Origin: Ophelia neglecta
Taxonomy: Eukaryota
Length of the DNA stretch: 64,000 nucleotides
Assembly (NCBI GenBank): GCA_965285935.1
Contig: OZ260667.1
Span: forward strand, 26,226,001 to 26,290,000
Direction of reading: 5' to 3'
Part shown: positions 54,361 to 64,000 of the stretch, piece by piece
Layout of the letters: every line of letters begins with the position of its first letter
Position numbering within the stretch: position 1 is the stretch's first letter
The notes under the pieces: model-generated
The model's input: the letters and a program-made list of their open reading frames with translations, nothing else
Databases searched by the model: none
What the model was told of the DNA's origin: nothing
Made by a program: the position numbers and the translations under genes

Positions 54361-55313
54361 GTTTCTACACCCGCTTAAACAGTAAACAGCAATTGTGACG
54401 CAAATGTATATCGGTATATTCAATGAAGCTAGTGATAGGTTGATACCAGAATGTATGACAATTTCAGAAATTAAATAATCCTTCTATTTACAACGCCGGA
54501 CTGTTGCCCATTAAAAAAAGTGTAAATTGGAGTGAAAACGTTTTTTTAATTTATATAGTTCTTTGGGATAAATTTTGGAAGCAAATGGTCGTGATACCTA
54601 AACAGTTTATCAGTTGGGTGTCTATATTAACCAGATACATTTTCTAATTGATATGAGTGACAACATTGAATTGAACTATCAATCATGAATTATTCATCAA
54701 TCATCAATTAAGCCAGAGTGTCGCTCAACTACGTGGTCCTTTAAATAACAACAAATGGTCTAGAGTAACTAAATCTTGAATGAGTAATATATACAGAATT
54801 TAGTGATCCGACGCTTGAAGCTTACATGTTCACAATATCAAAGTATCCGCTTCGGAACTAATCATGGTAATGCCATTTCTTGACATACAATCTGTAGGCG
54901 GAAACATCCAACAGATGCTAGTCCATCTAGATGTGTACATAGATGATATTGAAACGGTCAATACATGCTTTCAGATCATAGTAGCCTTTCCTAATAAGTT
55001 TGAAAGAAAGATGAATATCCTAATATAATTATTCATCGATAATATCTGTTCTAGTGACTTTGAAGATATTTTCAATATCAAAAAAGTTGTCATGACTAGA
55101 ATGTTTTCCAATCCACATCCAGGGGGGAGCTGTAGCAAGTTGAATGAATTTGATTACGTTCCAAAGAAAAAACAGAATTCCTTGTAATATGACTCTGTTA
55201 CTAAAACCCAATATGTAGAGTAACATACAAAGTCATGTGGAAAATAAACACTTCGAGATTCGTTGGCGGGTGAGAATTTCCAGTGGTTTACAAGGTTCTA
55301 TCTAAGGGATAAT

Positions 55314-55396
55314 GCACGACTTTTGAGGCTATTCAAAAAGGTACAAACGAGCCGCAGGAGACTATTTTTTATCAATGAGTAGCCCAGAAACCGTGC
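55314..55396. repeat. Imperfect palindromic element, possibly a non-autonomous transposon remnant
   Basis: gcacg...ggctattca pairs with tgagtagcc...cgtgc around a central cgagccgcagg. Confidence 0.35.
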
Positions 55397-56036
55397 TTTT
55401 AACACATTAAACTCCACCCGAACTATATTTGCTCTATAATTCCCCTTTCTTAAATCATCAGAGAGATCAAGTACATTTTGGGTTTGACAGTGGATTCGTC
55501 ATTGAACACATCTGTCCACGTTTAAATATTTCAAAGCTGTCTCTCCAATAAGCAATTGTTCTTTGATAAAAATAAAACATGTTCATTCCATTGACACAAG
55601 AATGAATTCGATTGGCCTTGACAAAGAAAAGGTTCTTTCGAACAAGGTCAAATAAATGCCGAGAGATGTTCTACTGATAACCCCTCCCAGTCGGACGTCT
55701 TGGCGGACCACAGAGGAAGCAGACAATCTGAGATAAGCTGCAGATTAAAGGCCGGGAGCATGAACCAGAAACAAATAGAGCCAAAGATAAACCACCGACC
55801 AAAAGGGGTGGTATGGATCTAAACAAAATGAAAGGAAATCAATTCCTCGAACAAAAACACTTCGGGGATGTCATACACGTCAGAGGTTTTATCCGAAAAC
55901 AAAATACGAAGAAAAAATTTCAAAGGCTTCTGAATGTTTATAATCAATTTCAAACATTTTCCATTAAACAATCCTTTCAATTTAATCATCATTCCGGTAT
56001 GTTCGTTTGTCATACATTACAGGGTGGTCCACTACT

Positions 56037-56214
56037 GGCTGTTATCACATTAATGCTGGAAGCCAGTGTTCTAGATCAATCTCTAGGATAATTTGATCGA
56101 GGTTAACATAGTTACAGCTGTGCAGATAATTGTGTCGGTAAACCTTTATTGTCGGAACTGGGCATTTTATCACAGATGCTCCATCGGAACCTGCAGAGCA
56201 CAGAGGATCAATCT
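56037..56214. promoter_or_regulatory. Conserved non-coding element, copy 2 (about 3.8 kb upstream of V3)
   Basis: Paralog of 41689-41866. Its offset of 14348 bp nearly equals the V2-V3 offset of 14428 bp. Confidence 0.7.
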
Positions 56215-59200
56215 TTGAAAAGGCTAGAAACACTGTGAAACAGCAGCTAAACCAAGGCTTGATCCTTTGGTTTTCGTGGTCTCCGTGTCCATCTGGTTTC
56301 GTGCGTGGCATGTTATTCGAGAACCTCATATCTTAGTGAAAGCCTGCATGTAAAACATTGTAACAACTGAGAAGTCTTGTCTTACGATGAGGATAAATGC
56401 GGCAACTTTATTCTAAAAGTTAACGCTTCTCAGTTTTAACGAGGGCGTTATTTTTAATCTGCGAAAAAGCAAGATATTTCAACGGGAACTAATGCAGGTT
56501 CCTTTCTTCATATCGTATTGCAGGCAAAAACAAAAGAGATTTGTCGTATCCCTGGATGGCCGATTAGACAAGAAATAAGGTGTTTTAGTATTGCCCAAAA
56601 ATACACACAAACAACAAAGTACCTTAAGGATCAAAGGTAGCATTCGGATGGGCCAATGTCGTTCATCCATTTTATATTTATCAGAATGAAAAACTGGACA
56701 CTGGGCAGGGAAATCGTGAAGGCACCCAATAGAATATCAGAGAACACAGACACATTCTGTTGGCTTGGAATGAGGAAAACCTTGGTGGGAAGAACACTGT
56801 CTGGACTATACACCCCACCAGCAAAAAATTAGAAAAAGAGTGAAGCGATGACGCAAAACAAGAAATGACAACAAAAACTAAATGGGAATGGTGTAATTAT
56901 CAGGAGACACTGCCACTATCAAATGATGTACGCAGAGAAGTCACAGGAGCAAGGGACTAAAAATAAATAAAAGCCTGCTAACCCCAGAATTATAATGGCG
57001 CCTTTGGTCGATTTAACAGAATGACCAAGGGAGATTTGGTAGTAAGGTCACTTGGTGATTGGCAGGAAACAACGAAGTGATTAAGTCAGGGAGAGGGAGG
57101 GCGAGAATGAACATCAGGATGTATTGATAAATCATGCATGCTGGCTCCTACTAACAGAGGAAACATGCACAAGAGGAGTAGGGTATTTGACTAAGTATCG
57201 TTTAACAAATAACACTCAACCGGTTTGTGATATATCTTGCTAACTAGAGGGAGCGGGGGTTGTTTAACGGTAAGCGAGAGTATTCCTCACATTTTAAACG
57301 TTTAAAATATATAGGATTTTATGTATTTGAAAAATGGACACAATTGGTAGGCAAAATTGAGAGAAATTCAGAGTACAAAATGTGACGAAGCAATCAAAAA
57401 AACAAAGTCAGACCCCTTTGTTTACAACACGAACGAGTTGGCTGCCCAGTGTCCACCGGTATCAACTATAGAAACCAGTAGTCTCGAGGCTAGTTACGTT
57501 TGCAAGGCTTAAAAGTGGAAAGAAACAAAGTTCTACTGGGTGATATTTCGATCGAGCCATTTTAGGAGACGATGACACATGGAACAGCCATCAACCTAAA
57601 CTTTCCTTAAAACAACACAGATCGCCATGCTTCAAATGATGGATCTAAACTCTTCCGCGACATTATTGCCAGTTGTCAAATCATGAAGAGATTTATTATA
57701 GAAGACCTTGAAGAAAGATCCCGAGCTCAGTGTCGAAGAATCGAAGCCTGATACAACAGACGCCATGTTAACTGATCGATGTTAACTGCACGAGACCATG
57801 CAGCCTCCAGTGACTCATGGGCACGAAAGGAATTCATTGTCTCAGCTTCAATAAAAAAACCCACCTGATTTGCAATAATAGGCTTCTCATGTGTTTAGAC
57901 TATATGCCAGAGTATCGATCCCCATGCCAGAATAAGTATATACGTCTTTTAGGTGATTAGGCGCACACTTAATACAATTAAACGTCTTCCTATTTGAACC
58001 TGCTTGTGCGGGACACCGCAAAAAACTTAATTTATGTTAACCCACCGTGATCCACCAATTGGAAGAAAAACTTGTCAATATTAAGATTCTAACGAGCAAC
58101 AAACGCATTCTTTTCCAACTTTTGCACAACAGGACTAGCGCCGCAAATCGGCATGGTCTTTTGGCATTGTCCTCAGACATAACCTGAAAGTACTGGCAGC
58201 GTTTAGACTGGGCAGTTATTATCTGTGGAACGAGACCGGTATCTGAGTGCCTGTGTAGTGTATGCCCGGATCCGGAGGAAGACTAACATGGGCTACTAGA
58301 GTGTTCGGTAAATATATTATAACCGCCTACATAAAAAGTGATGAGTTTCGCGTTAGACCAAGAATGGTAAATGCCATCCTGAAAGTAATGACCAGCACAC
58401 AGCACACCAAGGACACTAATGACCCAAGTCCGATGATTGGATGGAGAGAGAAGAGAGTGGGTGGGCGGGTTTGATGGTGAAAGGGAAAGGGCACTCGGGT
58501 ATAAATGGATAACCAGATATAAAAATCGAAATCCTCTGAAATGGAAATTCTTCCGTTAAAGAAATGGAGTGTGAAGTTAACTGTTACATTGATTTACCAA
58601 ACTTCTAGAATTTGCTAAACGATGCGCAATCTACATTTCCTTGCACCTTACTACACCCATCATCACCTACGCGCAATACTATTTTCCAGCACGCTTACCA
58701 TACTTTTGTTTACTCGATGAAACACTTAAAGCCTCCTGCGACCATGCATGGCCATGATCTATATGGGAATGAATAATACGCCCCACGATCAGAATTACGC
58801 TTAGTCCGAATAAGCACGGCATGCCATGAATATTAAGATTTCCAGTTGAATAAAATCCAATTGTGAATCCATACGATTTGAGGCAAATATACAGTTCATG
58901 CCCTGAATGAGGATGCTCACTTACAAAACCAATGTATTTTCATCGGACCAGGGTTGAATACAAAAACTGTCTACGGGGATTTATGCATTTCGTGTCAAGA
59001 AGGCAAGGCAATAGCATGCTAGAGGGAGACACGAAATAAACTTGCTTATTGACTTACTATGGGCTCCAAGAGATTGCGTTGACCTTTTGTTGATAAATGT
59101 GAAGGTTGGGTGCTCTGGTGTATCAAAGGACATCAATTTTTATGACTTACAGCATTGTATGCCCCCTCACCGATTTTCGAACATGGACAATAGTATATCG

Positions 59201-62200
59201 GGGCTTAACTTTAGAAATGGACAGTTTGCTAAATACACGATTGATCTGTTGTGCAAAATAAACTCAACTACATTTTTTTGTGGAACGAGTCACCAAATTT
59301 CTGGTAATAAAAATGAGACAGATAATGGCAGAGTTAATAAAATGTACCCTTGTATCACATATTGCTGATAAAAAAATCTTAGGTCTTCCACAGCTATAGA
59401 AGTTATATCATGCAGAGTATAATTATACAAAAAAGAGATTAGTGAAAAAAAGTTGCATTTGTTTCAAATTAACCAAGTATACCGTAATAATTATTTTCGC
59501 ATGCGCAAAAATCTCGCGCAGAAACGTCAGAAGCACTTGCATTTGAAATCTGAATTGGAAAGTTTCAATCGATTTTCCTTTTAATTAAAAAAATTGAAAT
59601 TTAATAAATCGATTTTTTGTCGATCTCTTTAAACCACATATAACATAGGACTAGCTTGTTTTGTGGAAAAAGGGCATTTTCCAAATTCACAGATCAATAT
59701 TCAACCAATTCATCCAAGCTAACACACGCCTCGGGGACTTGAGGAAACCTTTAAAGGATTCCCTTAGGCTCAAGGGGAGTCAATATAAGATCGATGAATC
59801 TCTTTTGTACTATTCATGTTAAGGTCCTAGTTGCCATTGTTTTAACACGTAAGGAGTCAAAGACTTCAATAGCTTTGCGTGATATGTTCCGATCATCCCA
59901 AGACGTCATGTACATCTGCTTCATACTGATATAACATCATATGTTCCAGATGCACGTGTTCTGTCTCAATAAAGCGTGACTAGCTCACTTTACAAAGTTT
60001 AAATTAATGCACTATCGGGGAAATTTAATGCCAAAATTTCACGAAAATGGCCAAAAAAAGTTGCCAAAGTTGAAATTATGTCCAGTCTTTAGACATTTTA
60101 GGACATTGTGCTACGGGGTTATCTCTGTAGGTCCCCAAATACGCATGTAAAATGTTCTCAGCAACGTAATTCTGTTTAAAAATTGGTATCGTATGTTTTT
60201 CAAAATGACTGTAATCATAAGCGTAAGTTTGATTTTCAGCACTTGAAATCTCATATTAATATGCTGCATTGTTTTTAATGTTCGTAGTAAAAACCAAAAT
60301 GTGGGGATCTTTAATTAAGCACTTTTACCTACTTAAAATTCGTTTTAATAATTTCTTGGTCAAAAGAGCCTTTGCCGAGTCCAGAAAGTTGCAAAATATT
60401 TCTATGTTTCCATTAAGCATATAGTTCACTAGAAATATAGTTCACTGTGCGAAATTGTCAATTTTTCATTTAGAGACACAGGCCTATATGCTTGTTTTTA
60501 CATTGTTCATGAGCTATTCGAACGAAATGTGACTTTGATTATGCTGTGCATCGCCTTAGGCGTCATTTAAAAAAGTCAAATGTTCTTTTATTGAACCAGG
60601 CCAAAGCGACGGATTTATCAACAAGCTGGGGGCAGGTCCTAGCAGCGGCCTTATATATCAAAACAAACTCTTGCCGCAAGAATACATGCGTGCCCAGTCG
60701 GAAGAGATTATTTTGATCATACACTGATGAAGAATTAACAACAATCGGAATTCGTTGTGCACAATATATTCAATATTTAGCAATTGGTGGACTGCTAACA
60801 AAATATGCTCTTTGGTAAACTGACTGTCGTTATCTACAACACGCAAATGTGTCGTTTATAGAATAATTTATAACACTGATTCTAATGAGCACATGGCATG
60901 TATACATCAAGATTCTAACAAACACAATCAGTTCATCAAATATTATACGATTCACTTCTAAAGGCGAAAATCTACATCCAAGTATATGTCCTTGCTTAGC
61001 TTTTCGTAAACAAGAATTAACTACAATCAATACAATTGATATTGGGAATTTAATGGCAGTTTAAAGTAGAATATAATTACCCTTAAATCGAGAATTAGCG
61101 AAGGTTGAAGGGAGATTTCAGATAAATATTACTTGATGCCATGATAGATTTCGAGTTTACTTGGAAAGCTGATGGTCAGTGGAATGTGAAAAACAGTACT
61201 AGTAGTAAGAGCAGAACGACGTCTTCCGGCAAAAGGTCATCATAACGACCAGTGAGATTTTTCGTGTCAGCAGCCAATCAGTAGGGCCTTTGATTGCCCT
61301 GCCACCATTCTAGAAACCCCGCTGAACTATGTGGCATTAAGATCTCATTGATTGACACATCAAATTTATCTGTAGATAAGCGAGAAGAATGCTGACAATT
61401 TATGACCTGCGCCCAAATCGCATTATAATATATGAATCATGATGTTCGCGAGTTGTTTGCATTGGCTTTCATTGGTTTGATAGCCATTTTCTTTCTAAAC
61501 GTAATAACTTATAAAGCTGAAAAAGGTCGAAAAATTGAAGTCGATCTGAGAGAGGCTTAGGATCAAATCCGAACCAAACCATTGCCAAAGAGTAGAAAAC
61601 AGGAATATGAAAAAGTGCATTTAAACAAGTGAGATCCCTTCATAGGAGCCGGCTGGTATATCTGATTGACTAGAAAGGTGAAACAAGCCTCACGGAAGTG
61701 GAAAGCAAATGTAACACTCTCAAAAATAAAATCACGCTTAGCATGAGAAAATTCATACGTAAAGTTAATGTGAATTAAAGTATCATGTAATCGACTGCGG
61801 TTCGTAATGACACCAGCCTATCCTCTTCCCAAAATCAAGCTAAAGACGCCATAACGTTGGGATGAACACCGCGGGAGTTAGTCGGTTCGTATTGAATGTT
61901 ATCAGGTATGTGCTCAAGGTTACGGAATCGATCTCTGGTGACGATACATTCAGCTTAACACAGTTATCTACGTCGGTAAAATAGTAATAGGTATCTCTGA
62001 TAGCCGAAGTCAGTCATTTCATTAAACTAACTCAAACCAGAAACTTTCCAGTAAAAGGTCATCGATTTCCATAGGCATCATGAAATCCTAACCAATGACG
62101 GAAACTACTGAATCAAGTTCACATTTTGTTAAGATATTAATGACATTTACTTAGGCGTGCATAGGGCAGATTGGGGCAAAATGTGACTCTAGGCAATACG

Positions 62201-62931
62201 CGGTAATCAATATTTTGCAATTTAGATGTGTCTCAGTTTATCTCAATTTACCGTGACGGTTGCATATTAGTGCAAAAAGTCAAAGGCGAGCGGTTGTTCC
62301 TCGTGAGCAAATTCATTTAAGTATAATTTGAGTTGGAAAGATGTATAAACAAGTATAATTACACTTCTAAAACTTCATAAAATAACAATGAATCAATTTG
62401 AAAAGCGGACGTGATCAATATATCTGGATAGATCGGTAGACTAATATTTACAGTTAAGCAGACGTTGTTGTATGAATGAATAAAATTGGTAAAATGCGAA
62501 GGACCCAATCGAGACGTCTCCGAAGGATGTTCCAGAAAGGTCATTGTGTATATATATGCTTTAATGATTCCTGGACTATTTCTATCATTTTTGGTGGGTG
62601 GTTGTTTTTTTAAGTAGGTTTGTTAAAGAGCGGAGAAGCCGCTATAAAGCCTGTACTTTTAGGAAATTTATCAATGGCTTGATAGGGTTAACAGTAAAGG
62701 TAAACCACAAAATCAAGCTTTTTAAGACTTTAAAAACTTTACTCTAGCGATAGTTTGGGATGATCTGAAGTTAAACATCGAGCGGTCATCTCTAACCCAT
62801 ACTATCTTATAAATGACTAATTTATCTTTGCATATTATCTATTAATTGCCTAGCGTTTAAAAAAAAGAAGTAAAATACACCTCTGGCATTGAATTACTGG
62901 TTTATTATATTCTCTTGCATGGGTTTTTCAC

Positions 62932-63052
62932 TTGGAATATCCTGGAATGTATGGCCACTGTAAAATAACAATTGTAATAGGATCTTAGATTTATGACCAT
63001 TGTCAAACAACAATTGGAATATCCTGGAATATATGACCATTGTAAAATAACA
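62932..63052. repeat. Short imperfect tandem repeat (ttggaatatcctggaat.tatg.cca.tgtaaaata)
   Basis: Two near-identical copies with a more diverged unit between them. Confidence 0.7.
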
Positions 63053-63793
63053 ACTCTTCGACAAGCGGGTGTTCGTCGGCAGTGCATGGAATTGAGCTCT
63101 AGCATGCTTAAATTACTTTACTAGCTTCTATATATTCAAGAAAAACACTTAATGGCAAATAAGCATAATTGTTTTGGGCGCAAGAACAATCAGAACTTGG
63201 GCGCCTTGCGACTTACTTTTACTAGCAATGGGATTCAGCAGAACTAAATAATTTTAGAAAAGAAACCGACAACACAATGAATCAACTTAATAAAAGCCCT
63301 GTTTTGTCAAAAGTGATTTTAGAGGTCTTAGATTAAATTGAAACGTTGCCAGTAATTTCACATGCCAGTCAAGATCAACAGAAGAATATTGACAAGAAAT
63401 GCAGCGAAATACCCAGCGTTCCTGTAGCTTGTTTCAGCACAAGATCAACTGTTGGAAGACTAAAATGTGCCATTCAATTTAATCAAGGCAGTTCCCGACT
63501 ACGAAGCTAAAATTGCCTGTCTCTTTGGAAGGCAATACCTTCCAAATACCCTTATTAATTGTTTTGTGGATGAAAGTCGATAGTGGGAGTTGTTCTATAG
63601 GATACAATGACACAAACGTAATATATCTCTTCCGTTGTCAATTTTAAGCAGTTTGGATTGATTTGTGCGGCCTGCGAGTCGTGAAATAGATCTCAGTGTT
63701 GCTGCGAGGATAGTTGATATGACCTACTGGCTATCCAGACGCTATGTTTGAGATTAAAAAATGTGATTGTCATTTTTTACTATTCACTTGTAG

Positions 63794-64000
63794 TACCAAG
63801 AGTTCTCCTGCGTACCAGTGCTGTGACGATGGGCTATTTTGTCAAGAACGCACTGCAATGCAATGGAAATGGTCCAAGTAACACCAGCTGCTGCAAGCGA
63901 GTGAATTTGTCGCCCGGGAAGGCATCAAGTCGTGTTCTTGTGCGACATGGCCCGGGAGTGATGTCTATATTGCATCCTAATACCCACTTCTACGTCCTCC
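63794..64000 (+). CDS. Possible exon of a further plus-strand gene running off the window
   Basis: Pyrimidine-rich acceptor (ttttttactattcacttgtag), higher GC, and one frame open to the window end (...MGYFVKNALQCNGNGPSNTSCCKRV...). No family recognised. Confidence 0.2.

Noticed and set aside
53677-54423. 248-aa and 155-aa minus-strand ORFs
   Set aside because: They are translations of the tandem repeat, with periodic low-complexity sequence and no splice or domain support.
56045-56329. 94-aa minus ORF and the 41718-41924 plus ORF overlapping the duplicated element
   Set aside because: The paralogous copy has several stops in the same frame in each case, and substitutions are not concentrated at third positions.

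Overview
AT-rich, intron-containing animal DNA, probably from an invertebrate; the taxon cannot be determined from the sequence alone. It holds two convergent genes. (1) On the + strand, a 16-exon short filamin (ATG 5895 to TAA 18530, about 825 aa). It corresponds to the second half of Ig16 through Ig24 of vertebrate filamins, and no actin-binding domain is visible. It also has a candidate 6-nt microexon (10875-10880) and a 3' UTR with several hairpins. (2) On the - strand, a gene whose two constant exons (25752-25612 and 25467-24903) encode a TMEM145/GPR180-type luminal GOLD-like domain. This domain ends in a GPI-signal-like tail instead of the usual seven-transmembrane module. Three paralogous signal-peptide exons lie 10-26 kb upstream (V1 36100-35904, V2 37813-37614, V3 52232-52042). 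Each ends in the same phase-2 donor (TG|gtaagt) and can splice in frame onto the shared exons, a variable-exon/constant-exon layout like that of protocadherin or UGT1A clusters. Each V exon has a related upstream motif. V2 and V3 also share a gap-free 178-bp conserved non-coding element about 4 kb upstream. The remainder is intronic or intergenic, with a Tc1/mariner-type MITE, a decayed non-LTR retrotransposon 3' end and several tandem repeats. All alignments and family calls were made by eye, without database searches.
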